From contig OY969801.1 in the NCBI GenBank assembly GCA_963703225.1, forward strand, positions 1,280,001-1,344,000: DNA of 64,000 nt. The letters run 5' to 3'. The notes beneath the pieces were generated by a model. It was not told the DNA's origin and did not search any database. It worked only from the letters and a program-made list of their open reading frames with translations. How positions within the stretch are numbered: position 1 is the first letter of the stretch; the number at the start of each line of letters is the position of its first letter. Of this stretch, positions 31,048 through 40,472 are shown in pieces. The position numbers and the translations under genes are program-made. Origin of the DNA: Candidatus Eiseniibacteriota bacterium (GTDB lineage Bacteria > Eisenbacteria > RBG-16-71-46 > SZUA-252).

Positions 31048-34000
31048 GGATCGATATCGGGCAAATAGGGACGCGCACCGAGACGCGGCACCGGACCTTT
31101 CGGGGCATGCTCGCGTTATCGGTCTGCCTCGCGACCCTGCTGCTTTTGCCACCCGCCGCGTCCGCGCAGTTCTTCGGACAGAACAAGGTTCAGTACAAGC
31201 GCTTCAAGTGGAGCGTCCTCCGCACCCAGCACTTCGACATCCACTATTACCAGGGCACGGAGGCGGCGGTGAACGACGCCGCCCTCATGGCCGAGCGAGC
31301 CTACGCGAGGCTGAGCCGGGTCCTGAATCACCAAGTCCACGCCCGAGTCCCGCTCGTCCTCTACGCTTCCCACACCGATTTCGAGCAGACCAACATCACG
31401 CCGGAACTGCTCGGCATCGGTACGGGTGGGGTGACCGAGTTCCTCAAGCGCCGCGTATTTCTTCCGTTCACGGGGTCCTACGCGGAATTGGATCACGTCC
31501 TGACGCACGAGCTGGTGCACGCGTTTCAGGTCGACATCCTCTTCGGGGACAGTCAAGGCCTCCTGGGCAACCCGTTCGCCGCCTCCATCCCGGGTTGGTT
31601 CATGGAGGGGATGGCGGAATACCTCTCCATCGGGACGATCGACCCCAATACGGCGATGTGGCTCCGCGACGCGGCGCTGGAGGGGTACCTGATTCCGGTG
31701 GGGACGCTGAGCTACGTGGGCGACATCCGGGTCTATCGTTTTGGCCAGTCGATCTTCCAGTTCATCGCCGATCGCTACGGCATCGCCAAGATCGGCGAGC
31801 TGTTGAAGAAGACCCGCCGCCTGGGAAGCGTCGAGCACGCGTTCGAGTCGGCGACGGGGCTCTCGATCGACGTGCTCTCCAAGAAGTGGACCGAAGCGAT
31901 CCGGAAGGAGTACCTGCCGCAGATCGTCGACCACCAGGAGCCGAGCGCGATCGCGATGCGCCTGACCGACTCGGAGCGGGACCTTTCGAACTTCAACGTG
32001 GCCGCGTCGGTCTCCCCTTCGGGGCTCGAGTACGTCTATATATCCGATCGGAGCATGTACAACGACGTCTATCTCGCTTCCGCGCTCGACGGCAAGCCGA
32101 TCAAGAAACTGATCGCGGGGGAGCGGACCGGCAGCTTCGAGACGCTTCGCTTCTTCAACACGTCGATCGCGTGGTCCCCGGACGAGAAGCAGATCGCGAT
32201 TCCCGCCAAGGTGGGGGGTGAGGACGCGCTGTATGTGGTCGACGTCCCCTCGGGGAAGGTGGCGAAGAAGTTCCGGTTCGGGCTCGACGCGATCTACTCT
32301 CCCACCTGGTCGCACGATGGAAAGCGGTTCGCGTTCGTCGGACTGAAGCAAGGACGGTCGGCGCTCTTCCTGGTCGACGTGAGTGGAAAGAACCTCCGGC
32401 CGCTCCTGACGGGACGCTACGCGGTTCGCGATCCGGTCTGGTCGCCCGACGACTCTCAGATCGCCTTCGCGACCGATGAGGGGGAAGGAACCGACGTCAA
32501 CAAGCTCATCTTCGCGCCGCTTCGCCTGGCGATCCTCAACGTGACGACCGGCCAGGTCACGGTGCCGCCGGGCCAGAATGGCATGAACATCTCACCGCAA
32601 TGGTCCCCCGACTCCCGATCGCTCCTTTTCGTGTCCGATCGAACCGGGATCTCCAACATTTACCGGATGGATCTCGCGACCGGCGAGAGCGTCCGGCTGA
32701 CCGATCTCTTGACCGGTGTCTCGGGCCTGGTGCCCGAGAGCCCGTGCCTCTCCCTCTCCAAGGACGGCAAGCGCCTCCTGTTCACGGCGTTCATGCGAGG
32801 CGGGTGGGACGTCTATTCGGTCCGGGATCCGCTCAAGTTCCTCGAGAAGCCGCCCATCGTGGAGGCGGCGCCGCGCATCGCCGCGACCTCGCTGGCTCCT
32901 CTCGGGACGCGGGTCGAGGCGAGCATCGCCGCGAGCGATCCCCCTCCGCCGCTCGCCCACGCTGAGCCGGAGAGCGTCGCGACCGTTCCGCCGTCGGATG
33001 GAGGAGGCGCCGCTTTCATCCGCGCCGCCGAGCCGGTCCCCACCGGATCGCCGGGACTCGTCGCCGACAGCACGGCGGCACCGCATCCGCTGGAGAGCGC
33101 GCTCCACAGCACCGCCTCGAACGAGGCGCCACCGCCCGACTCGACCTTGAGCGACTACGTCCAGGAGGTCTACCGGGAGCCGCTCGCCGACAGCACGACG
33201 TTTCAGCACATTCCCTACCGAGCCACATTCAGCCGCGACTACTTCGCGGGCGGGGCGGTCGTGGCGTCGAACGTCGGCTTCGCCGGATCGAGCGTCATCT
33301 CGTTCAGCGATCTGCTCGGGAACTACAACATTCTCGCCGTGCTGAACCTCTACGGAAACCTGAGCGACTCGGACGTCTACATCGCGTATACAAACCTGTC
33401 GCGGCGCACGAACTACGGGCTGGCCGTCTTCCAGTATCAGAAAGACCTGCTCCTCTTCTCGACGCCATCGAGCGACGATCTCCAGAACCAGATCCACCGG
33501 GGCGCGTCGTTCTTCTTCTCGCGGCCGTTCACGCGGTTTCGAAGGATCGAGTACGGCATCCAGGCCGCGGTCGTCGACCAGCGGGTCATCCGCTACAACT
33601 ACAACTTGGGATCGGTCTCTCAAATCAGCGAGCAGGGAAACTACTTTTACGTGGCTCCCAACATTGGGCTGGTCGCGGACAACACCCTCTACGGATCGAC
33701 CGGCCCCATCAACGGCGGCCGGTCCCGGTACACGGTCGAGCACGCCATGGGCGGCGTGACCTACACCACCGCGATCTACGATTGGCGTCGGTACACCAAC
33801 CTGGCCCGCCGGTTCACGCTCGCGCAGCGCATCCTCGGGGGCGGCAGCTTCGGCCAGGATCCTCAGTATTTCCGCTTTGGCGGCGCGTTCACGTATCGCG
33901 GCCTGGATTACGGCGATCTGGTGGGGACCCGGGCGTTCATCGGCAACCTCGAGTTTCGCTTCCCGCTCATCGAGCAGCTCCGGACGGGCTTCCCGCTCAC

Positions 34001-34250
34001 GCTCTCTTTGGGCGGCGTCAACGGGGTGCTCTTCCTGGACGGCGCGTCCGCTTGGAACGCGGACGCCGACCCCGTGTTCTTCTCGAACAAGGGCGGACTC
34101 CACACGCAAAGCTTCCGGCTCGCGTTCGGGTTCGGCGCGCGGATCAACCTGGGCTACTTCATCATCCGTTACGATTACGCGCGGGAGCACCGGATCAACG
34201 GCGGGCTGAGCGAGCCGCGCCACTTCTTCGCCTTCGGCCCCGAGTTCTGA
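31044..34250 (+). CDS. Outer membrane protein: HEXXH peptidase-like domain + TolB/PD40 beta-propeller + Omp85-type barrel (paralog 2)
   Basis: FGQNKVQY; HELVH and WFMEGMAEY; WSPD repeats; Pro/Ala linker; YRGL, LEFRFP, FLDGASAW and GFGAR; terminal Phe. Confidence 0.85.
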   Translation: MRIDIGQIGTRTETRHRTFRGMLALSVCLATLLLLPPAASAQFFGQNKVQYKRFKWSVLRTQHFDIHYYQGTEAAVNDAALMAERAYARLSRVLNHQVHARVPLVLYASHTDFEQTNITPELLGIGTGGVTEFLKRRVFLPFTGSYAELDHVLTHELVHAFQVDILFGDSQGLLGNPFAASIPGWFMEGMAEYLSIGTIDPNTAMWLRDAALEGYLIPVGTLSYVGDIRVYRFGQSIFQFIADRYGIAKIGELLKKTRRLGSVEHAFESATGLSIDVLSKKWTEAIRKEYLPQIVDHQEPSAIAMRLTDSERDLSNFNVAASVSPSGLEYVYISDRSMYNDVYLASALDGKPIKKLIAGERTGSFETLRFFNTSIAWSPDEKQIAIPAKVGGEDALYVVDVPSGKVAKKFRFGLDAIYSPTWSHDGKRFAFVGLKQGRSALFLVDVSGKNLRPLLTGRYAVRDPVWSPDDSQIAFATDEGEGTDVNKLIFAPLRLAILNVTTGQVTVPPGQNGMNISPQWSPDSRSLLFVSDRTGISNIYRMDLATGESVRLTDLLTGVSGLVPESPCLSLSKDGKRLLFTAFMRGGWDVYSVRDPLKFLEKPPIVEAAPRIAATSLAPLGTRVEASIAASDPPPPLAHAEPESVATVPPSDGGGAAFIRAAEPVPTGSPGLVADSTAAPHPLESALHSTASNEAPPPDSTLSDYVQEVYREPLADSTTFQHIPYRATFSRDYFAGGAVVASNVGFAGSSVISFSDLLGNYNILAVLNLYGNLSDSDVYIAYTNLSRRTNYGLAVFQYQKDLLLFSTPSSDDLQNQIHRGASFFFSRPFTRFRRIEYGIQAAVVDQRVIRYNYNLGSVSQISEQGNYFYVAPNIGLVADNTLYGSTGPINGGRSRYTVEHAMGGVTYTTAIYDWRRYTNLARRFTLAQRILGGGSFGQDPQYFRFGGAFTYRGLDYGDLVGTRAFIGNLEFRFPLIEQLRTGFPLTLSLGGVNGVLFLDGASAWNADADPVFFSNKGGLHTQSFRLAFGFGARINLGYFIIRYDYAREHRINGGLSEPRHFFAFGPEF

Positions 34251-34259
34251 TCCGACGAG

Positions 34260-34865
34260 GTGATCCTCTTCGCCTGGGACGTCTCGCTCTTCAACGCCAT
34301 CCATCACGGCCTCCATCACGCGGCGCTCGATCCGGTGATGATGGCGCTCACCGATCCCGGACGCTGGAAGATCCCGATCCTGATCGCGGCGGGGAGCACC
34401 TTCCTGACGCAGCGGCTTCGCGGGGTGATCGCGCTTCTCGTGCTGGCCGCCACGCTCGCGGGATCCGATCAGCTGAGCGCCAGGGTGATCAAGCCTCTGG
34501 TGCATCGGCCCCGCCCCTCGGTCGTGCTCGCCGACTCCCGACCTCTCTTCGGGGTGCGCCGCTCGTTCGCGTTCCCGTCGGTCCACGCGGTCAATTTCTC
34601 AGCCGCCGTTCCCATCGTGGCGACGGTGTTCCCGCCGGCGACGATTCCGTGCGCGACGCTCGCGGCGCTGGTCTGCTTCTCGAGGGTCTACGTCGGGGAC
34701 CACTGGCCATCGGACGTAGTCGCCGGAGCGCTGCTGGGTTTTTGCCTGGGCCTACTGGGACGCAAGGCGTTTCTCCGACTCGAGGAGAATGCGAAACGGT
34801 GGAGAACGCGGCCCGTCAGCGTCCCGGAGGCCGGAGCTGGAGAAACGCCCAGTGGCGGCCCGTGA
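34260..34865 (+). CDS. PAP2 family membrane phosphatase
   Basis: KPLVHRPRP, FPSVHA and SRVYVGDHWPSD motifs. Confidence 0.88.
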   Translation: MILFAWDVSLFNAIHHGLHHAALDPVMMALTDPGRWKIPILIAAGSTFLTQRLRGVIALLVLAATLAGSDQLSARVIKPLVHRPRPSVVLADSRPLFGVRRSFAFPSVHAVNFSAAVPIVATVFPPATIPCATLAALVCFSRVYVGDHWPSDVVAGALLGFCLGLLGRKAFLRLEENAKRWRTRPVSVPEAGAGETPSGGP

Positions 34866-35586
34866 CTCCTCGGTCCCGCCGGTGCGAGTAGTACGAGTCG
34901 ACGCCGCACGAGGTACACTCGGACGCGCGATGAATGCTCCCGCGCGGGACGCCTGCCTCGGTCAGCGCCGTCACGATCGCCTCGGGAAGATCGAGTGACG
35001 GCCGGCCGCTGGGGTGCGGTCTGAGAAGCCTTGCGTCGAATTCCGCGGCGACCTCGGGGCCGATCGGAAAGCAGCAGGGCATGAGGCAGGGCCCGATCGC
35101 CGCCCGGAGCAATTCCGGAAGGGCACCTTCCCCGGCGAGCCGCGCGACGGCATGGGCGGCGATTCGCTCCCTGGCGCCGCGCCAACCGCAGTGGAGGAGC
35201 GCGCCCCTGGAACCGTCGGCCGAGACGATCGCGACCGGCGCGCAATCGGCAGCCGAGACAGCCACCCAAGGGTCGCCCGCCCGCACGATGAACCCATCCG
35301 CCTCGCACGGGGCATCCTTCGGCTCGACCAGCACCCGTCCGTGGACCTGATGGAGCCGACGGGGGCCACCTTCCTCGACCCCGACATGAGCGGCGAGCCG
35401 GCGGCGGTTCTCGAGCACGGCCGCCTCCTCGTCGCCGACGCCCAGACCGAGATTGAGCGAGGCGTAGGGGCCTCGGCTCACCCCTCCTCGACGCCGCGCG
35501 AGCCCGAACCGCGCGGCGGGCGGGAGCGCTCCGGACGCCGGCTCCCAGATCGAGATCTCCTCGCGGACCGTTCCGGATCGGAGCAT
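34816..35586 (-). CDS. pgeF: YfiH/PgeF (polyphenol oxidase-like) family protein
   Basis: GGVSRGPYASLNLG, QVHG, ADCAP, HCGWRG, AIGP and YSHRR motifs; start uncertain. Confidence 0.88.
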   Translation of the reverse strand: MLRSGTVREEISIWEPASGALPPAARFGLARRRGGVSRGPYASLNLGLGVGDEEAAVLENRRRLAAHVGVEEGGPRRLHQVHGRVLVEPKDAPCEADGFIVRAGDPWVAVSAADCAPVAIVSADGSRGALLHCGWRGARERIAAHAVARLAGEGALPELLRAAIGPCLMPCCFPIGPEVAAEFDARLLRPHPSGRPSLDLPEAIVTALTEAGVPRGSIHRASECTSCGVDSYYSHRRDRGVTGRHWAFLQLRPPGR

Positions 35587-35616
35587 GGCGCGCAGAGTGC
35601 CCTCCGCGCGTGGGCG

Positions 35617-36414
35617 GTGCAAGCGCTATGCGTATGGATCACCGTCGCGGGCTGCGCGCACGCTCCGCCGGTCTCGTCGGGCGCCGAGGCGCGGGGCCGC
35701 TTCCTCGAATCGTTTGCCCGAGGGGACTCCCCGACCCGCGGCGCCGGGATGCTCTCGATCGAGCGCGGGAAGTCGGGGCGGAAGGGACTCAACACGAGCT
35801 GGGCCGCGGTCGCGGAGAGCTTGGTGATGGCGGCCTACGTCGGCCCGATCCGGACGCTCGACGGGTCGATCCTCGGCGATTCCCTCTACTTGGCGATGCG
35901 GCCCTACGATCTGGGCCTCGCGGGCGTGATACCCCCGGAGGAAGGTCTCGGCGCCCGCGGCCTTCTGTTTCTCGCCCGCCCGTGGGCGTTCGGGGCGCCG
36001 TGGATCCGCGAAGCGCTGGAGCATGCCTCGGTGACGCCGGGGCCGGACGGCTGGCGTCTCGCGGGCACGCTCGAGAACGTGGGGGCCTCGCAGCCCTTCG
36101 TGCTCGAGCTGAGCCGAAAATCAGACCCGCAGCGCCTGCGGGTGGGGCGCGCCGAAGATCCGGAGACCTTGATCGAGATTCGGTACGGGCCACCGCGGCG
36201 GTACCCCGATGGGAGGATTCCCCGGTGGATCGAGTGGACCCGCGGCGACACGCGGCTTCGGCTGGAGATCGAAGACCACGCGCGCGCCAGGCCATCCCAG
36301 CTTCGTCACCCGCCGCCGGCGAAGGAAGAGTGGACGATCCTCGCGCTGGACGATCCCAAGGGCCGCGATCTGCTCCGCCGCCTGCTTGGGATCGGGGAGG
36401 GATCGCAGCCATGA
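35617..36414 (+). CDS. Hypothetical lipoprotein (possible LolB/DUF4292-like fold)
   Basis: Lipobox-like TVAGC; late IRYG...RIPRWIEW...RLRLEI pattern. The true start may be ATG 35585 with a frameshift. Confidence 0.5.
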   Translation: MQALCVWITVAGCAHAPPVSSGAEARGRFLESFARGDSPTRGAGMLSIERGKSGRKGLNTSWAAVAESLVMAAYVGPIRTLDGSILGDSLYLAMRPYDLGLAGVIPPEEGLGARGLLFLARPWAFGAPWIREALEHASVTPGPDGWRLAGTLENVGASQPFVLELSRKSDPQRLRVGRAEDPETLIEIRYGPPRRYPDGRIPRWIEWTRGDTRLRLEIEDHARARPSQLRHPPPAKEEWTILALDDPKGRDLLRRLLGIGEGSQP

Positions 36415-37103
36415 GGACGTCTTGGCCGGCGGCCATTGGGGCGGGGCTCCTCCTCGCCGCGGCCGTTGGGCCCACCTGGGGCGCCGATCCCGACGAGGTG
36501 GTGCACGCGATGCTTCGCCGGGTCGTCACGGCGCCCGAGGTGACGTCGCGCGTCATCCTCGAGAGAAGCGATCCCTTCGGCGGTCCGCCCGATCGGGAGC
36601 GAGGGCGTCTCTGGTATCTGCCCGGCCAGGGGCTCCGGTACCGCTCGGAGAAGAAGAACGGCCAGGATTTTCTGATCGATAAGGCCCAGGAGTCATTTCT
36701 TCTCTACAGCCCATCGGAAGCGGTCCTCTACCGGGCTCCCTTCGCTCGCGCGCCGGTCAAGCTCCGCCGCCTCATCGTCGAGCCGGAGCGGATTCTCGAG
36801 AAGGAACTCCACTCGACGGCGGAGCGACGATGGATCCACGGCGCGCGGCGGGAAGGCTATCGACTGCGATCCGCGTCGTTGGGCGATTCGCTGGGCGAGG
36901 TCACGACGTGGATCGCGGCCGATCCCACGACAGGTCTCCCGCGATGGATCGCGGTGGATTCGGAAGCGGAATCGGTGCTCGTGGAGCTGGAGGGGCTCAC
37001 CGTCAAGCGGACGGCGAAACCGCGCGATCTCGCGTTGAGCGCGCCGCCGGGCACGCGGGAAGAGCCGCTCGATCCGCGAGAGCTCCTGGGCGAGGAGAGG
37101 TAG
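36411..37103 (+). CDS. LolA-like outer-membrane lipoprotein carrier
   Basis: Signal peptide; ERGRLWYLPGQGLRYR...QDFLIDK...FLLYSP and TWIAADPTTGLP...SVLVEL patterns; ATGA-coupled to the upstream gene. Confidence 0.55.
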   Translation: MRTSWPAAIGAGLLLAAAVGPTWGADPDEVVHAMLRRVVTAPEVTSRVILERSDPFGGPPDRERGRLWYLPGQGLRYRSEKKNGQDFLIDKAQESFLLYSPSEAVLYRAPFARAPVKLRRLIVEPERILEKELHSTAERRWIHGARREGYRLRSASLGDSLGEVTTWIAADPTTGLPRWIAVDSEAESVLVELEGLTVKRTAKPRDLALSAPPGTREEPLDPRELLGEER

Positions 37104-37118
37104 AGAGGGGGAATCCCG

Positions 37119-37147
37119 TTGACGGCCCTGCGGGCCGCTGCTAGGGT
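37119..37147 (+). promoter_or_regulatory. Putative sigma70 promoter
   Basis: TTGACG-17 nt-TAGGGT with a TGn extension. Confidence 0.5.
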
Positions 37148-37194
37148 CGGGCCGTGACCATGGAAGGTCGTGCCCCGGCACGCCCGACGGCGAC

Positions 37195-38604
37195 ATGAGA
37201 CCGGGGCTGGTCGCCTACGTCGCGGTGGTTGGAGCGGCGGGCGGAGCGCTCCTCGCGCTCTCATTCGGCGAATTTTGGTCCCTCGGCTGGATGAACATCA
37301 CGGCCTGGATCGCCGTCAGTCTCCTCGCCGAAAGCCTCTGGCTCCCGACCGTCACCGGGAAGGCGATGGAGAGCATGGCCTCCACCGTCGACATCAGCCT
37401 CCTCATCCTCCTCGGCTTTCAGCCATCGATCTGGATCGTGGCGATCGCGTTCACCCTGGCGAACGTCTTCTTCTCGCGCCGCGTCTGGTACAAGGCGCTG
37501 TTCAACGCCGGGCAGAACGTCCTCACGCTCGCGGCGGCGGGAGCCGCGTTCGCCGCCCTCGGGGGCGCGCCGCTCGCGTTGAAGGGGCTCACGGCGCTCT
37601 CCGGCTCGACGATGCTCCTTCCATGGGTCGGCGCGATCGTCGCCTACTTTCTTGTGAACACGCTGCTCGTCTCGGCGGCCGTCGCGCTCGATTCGGGCCG
37701 GAAGCTCTTCCGGACCTGGCGCGAGGAGTACTTCTACTCCAACTCGCTCCTCGGGTCGGTGGCGCTCTTCTTCCTGTCGCCGCTGGTCGTCGTCTCCTAC
37801 CTGGCGGTCGGCTACTTTGGCCTGATCTTCTTCTTCGTGCCGCTCCTCTTGATCAAGGAAGCGGGCGCCCGCTATATCGCGCTGGAGAAGGCAAAGGACG
37901 AGCTGATCTCCTCCGAGCGCCTCGCGGCGAAGGGTGAAATGGCCGCCGAGGTGGCCCACGAGCTGAACAATTACCTGGCGGCCATCTCGGGCCGGGCGCA
38001 GCTGCTATTGATGAACGCGGCCGGGGCGGCGCCGGCCGACCGGATGAAGGAGAGCGCGCGGATCATCTTCGAGCAGGCGAGCAACATGGGCGTCCTGGTC
38101 AAAGGGCTGCTCGATTTCTCCCACAAGGGAGTCCGGAAGCAGCCGACGCGGCTCAACGAGGTGGTCCGCCGGACGGTCGAGTTCATCGTGCCGCAGAACA
38201 AGTACGAGCAGGTCGCGTTCGATCTCGATCTCGCCGGGGACCTGCCGGAGCTGAACCTGGACCCCGCCCAGATCCAGCAGGTGCTGCTCAATCTCTTCAG
38301 CAACGCGGCCGACGCCATGCGCACCAACGAGTCGAAAGAGCGCCGCATCGCGGTGCACACGCGGTTCCGCGCGGGCGGGCGGGAGGTGGAGCTGGCGGTG
38401 GAAGACACAGGGCCCGGCATTCCGGCGACCGCGCTCACCCGCCTGTTCGAGCCATCCTTCACCACGAAGCCCGAGGGGCACGGCTTTGGGCTCTCGACCT
38501 GTTACCGGATCATCCAAAACCACGGCGGGCGGATCGCGGCGGAGAATATGTCCCGGACGGGCGCGCGATTCACCGTGGTGTTGCCGACCGAAAACGGGGC
38601 TTAG
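37195..38604 (+). CDS. Membrane-bound sensor histidine kinase (orphan)
   Basis: Multi-TM N-terminus; VAHELNN H-box; QVLLNLFSNA, DTGPGI, FTTK and GFGL boxes. Confidence 0.92.
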   Translation: MRPGLVAYVAVVGAAGGALLALSFGEFWSLGWMNITAWIAVSLLAESLWLPTVTGKAMESMASTVDISLLILLGFQPSIWIVAIAFTLANVFFSRRVWYKALFNAGQNVLTLAAAGAAFAALGGAPLALKGLTALSGSTMLLPWVGAIVAYFLVNTLLVSAAVALDSGRKLFRTWREEYFYSNSLLGSVALFFLSPLVVVSYLAVGYFGLIFFFVPLLLIKEAGARYIALEKAKDELISSERLAAKGEMAAEVAHELNNYLAAISGRAQLLLMNAAGAAPADRMKESARIIFEQASNMGVLVKGLLDFSHKGVRKQPTRLNEVVRRTVEFIVPQNKYEQVAFDLDLAGDLPELNLDPAQIQQVLLNLFSNAADAMRTNESKERRIAVHTRFRAGGREVELAVEDTGPGIPATALTRLFEPSFTTKPEGHGFGLSTCYRIIQNHGGRIAAENMSRTGARFTVVLPTENGA

Positions 38605-39018
38605 CTACCGGTCGATCGCCGCGACGACCGCGACGCCGGCCACGGCGCCCAGGATGTCCGCTGCCAAGTCCTTCCAGCTCGCGCCCCGTCCCGCGCGCTT
38701 CGGCTTCAGCGTCGCGTCGTAGACTTCCTTGAGAACTCCGAGACCCACGGCGCCGGCCAAGCTCTTTCCTTGCGTCCTCCCCGTGATCCGGAGAGAGGCC
38801 GCGATCGCCAGCGATCCGGTGAAGTGGAGCTGCTTGTCGGCGGCGACCCAGCTCCCCTGCGCGGAGGCGGGGAGGAAGAGCGGGTCGGCGAGGGCGCGGG
38901 TCCCGCCGGCCGCGCACGCGAGGATGGACGCGAGCAAGACGAAGGCGGCGCGGGAGGCTCTCGACGTCGGTCGGGGGAGCACGGGCGCGAGCGTAGGCGC
39001 TCGCCGCCCGCGGCGCAA
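38605..39018 (-). CDS. YfiM/DUF2279-like small membrane or exported protein
   Basis: DKQLHF...KEVYD...SWKDLAADILG pattern. Confidence 0.65.
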   Translation of the reverse strand: MRRGRRAPTLAPVLPRPTSRASRAAFVLLASILACAAGGTRALADPLFLPASAQGSWVAADKQLHFTGSLAIAASLRITGRTQGKSLAGAVGLGVLKEVYDATLKPKRAGRGASWKDLAADILGAVAGVAVVAAIDR

Positions 39019-39046
39019 CCGGCCGCGTCTGGTACCATCAGGGGCG

Positions 39047-40429
39047 ATGACGCTCCGCGAGCTCGATTCGACGCGAGTCCCTTCCGCGATCTCGCAGCTC
39101 CTCCGGCGGCTCCAGGGTGCTGGCCACCCGGCCTACCTCGTCGGCGGATCGGTCCGGGATCTGATCCGCGGCGTCCCGGTCTCGGATTGGGACGTCGCCA
39201 CCGGGGCGCGGCCCGAGAAGATGGTCGAGCTCTTTCCGTCAGCGATCCCGACCGGGATCAAGCATGGGACCATCACGGTCCTGACGCCGGTCGGTCCGTG
39301 CGAGGTGACGACGTTTCGGATCGAGCACGGGTACAGCGACGCGCGGAGGCCCGACCGTGTCGAGTTCGTGACCGACGTCGAGGCCGATCTCTCCCGGCGC
39401 GATTTCACGGTGAACGCGATCGCGTGGGATCCGGAGTCGGGCCGCGAGGTCGATCCGTTCGGTGGGCGCGCCGATCTGCGGGCGAAGCGGATCCGCGCCG
39501 TGGGGAACCCGGTCGAGCGAATCGCCGAGGACGGGCTTCGGGCGGTGCGGGCGGCCCGATTCGCGGCGACGCTCGAATTCGACGTGGAGCCGGCGACATT
39601 CGAGGCGCTCGCGGAAGCCAAAGAGGCGGTCGCGCGGGTCGCCGCCGAGCGCATCCGAGACGAGTTGACCAAGCTCCTGGCCGCGCCCCGCCCGTCGCTC
39701 GGCTTCGAGGTGCTCCGGCGATCGGGCCTGCTCGGGGACCTGCTCCCCGAGCTCCAAGCCTGCGTGGCGGTGCCGCAGAATCGCTACCACGCCTACGACG
39801 TTTACTATCACACGCTCTACGCGGTGGACGCCGCGCCCGCGGGGAAGCCGGTGGTGCGGCTCGCCGCGCTCTTTCACGACGTGGGGAAGCCGCTGACGCG
39901 GGTGGAGCGGGAGAATGGCGACGCCACGTTTTACAATCACCAATTCGAGAGCGCGCGACTGGCGGAGGAGGCGATGTCCCGTCTTCGGTACGGCCGCGAC
40001 ATGATCGATCGCGTGGCCCACCTGGTCGGCCACCACATGTTCGACTACAAACCGGAGTGGAGCGACGCGGCGGTACGCAGATTTGTGCAGAGGGTGGGGG
40101 TGGACCACATCGCCGATCTATTCGATCTCCGGATCGCGGACAACGTGGGCAATGGACTGAAGAGCGGATTTCCTCACTATCTCGAAGAATTCCGCACCCG
40201 GATCGACGGCGTGCTGGCGGCGCGTCAGGCGCTCACGCTGCAAGACCTCGATGTGAACGGCCAGGACGTGATGCGGGAGCTTCGGATCGATCCGGGTCCC
40301 AAGGTGGGAGAGGTGCTGGATTGGCTTCTGGAGCAGGTGGTGGAGGAGCCCTCGCTGAACGAGCGTCGCCGCCTGCTTCGCCGGGCGCGCGAGGCCTTTT
40401 CGATTGACAGGCGGGGTGCCGGCGCATAG
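39047..40429 (+). CDS. cca: tRNA nucleotidyltransferase (CCA-adding) with HD domain
   Basis: VGGSVRD, DWD, RRDFTVNA, EDGLR, ERIRDE and FHDVGK motifs. Confidence 0.9.
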   Translation: MTLRELDSTRVPSAISQLLRRLQGAGHPAYLVGGSVRDLIRGVPVSDWDVATGARPEKMVELFPSAIPTGIKHGTITVLTPVGPCEVTTFRIEHGYSDARRPDRVEFVTDVEADLSRRDFTVNAIAWDPESGREVDPFGGRADLRAKRIRAVGNPVERIAEDGLRAVRAARFAATLEFDVEPATFEALAEAKEAVARVAAERIRDELTKLLAAPRPSLGFEVLRRSGLLGDLLPELQACVAVPQNRYHAYDVYYHTLYAVDAAPAGKPVVRLAALFHDVGKPLTRVERENGDATFYNHQFESARLAEEAMSRLRYGRDMIDRVAHLVGHHMFDYKPEWSDAAVRRFVQRVGVDHIADLFDLRIADNVGNGLKSGFPHYLEEFRTRIDGVLAARQALTLQDLDVNGQDVMRELRIDPGPKVGEVLDWLLEQVVEEPSLNERRRLLRRAREAFSIDRRGAGA

Positions 40430-40432
40430 GCT
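40404..40432 (+). promoter_or_regulatory. Putative sigma70 promoter
   Basis: TTGACA-17 nt-TAGGCT, followed by an AGGAG RBS before TTG 40473. Confidence 0.65.
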
Positions 40433-40472
40433 ATCGGGCCGTCAATGTAGGACTTCCAGCGTTAGGAGCCAC

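Noticed and set aside
34816..34865. 50-bp convergent overlap of PAP2 and pgeF
   Set aside because: Involves only non-conserved C-terminal tails; common in compact high-GC genomes.
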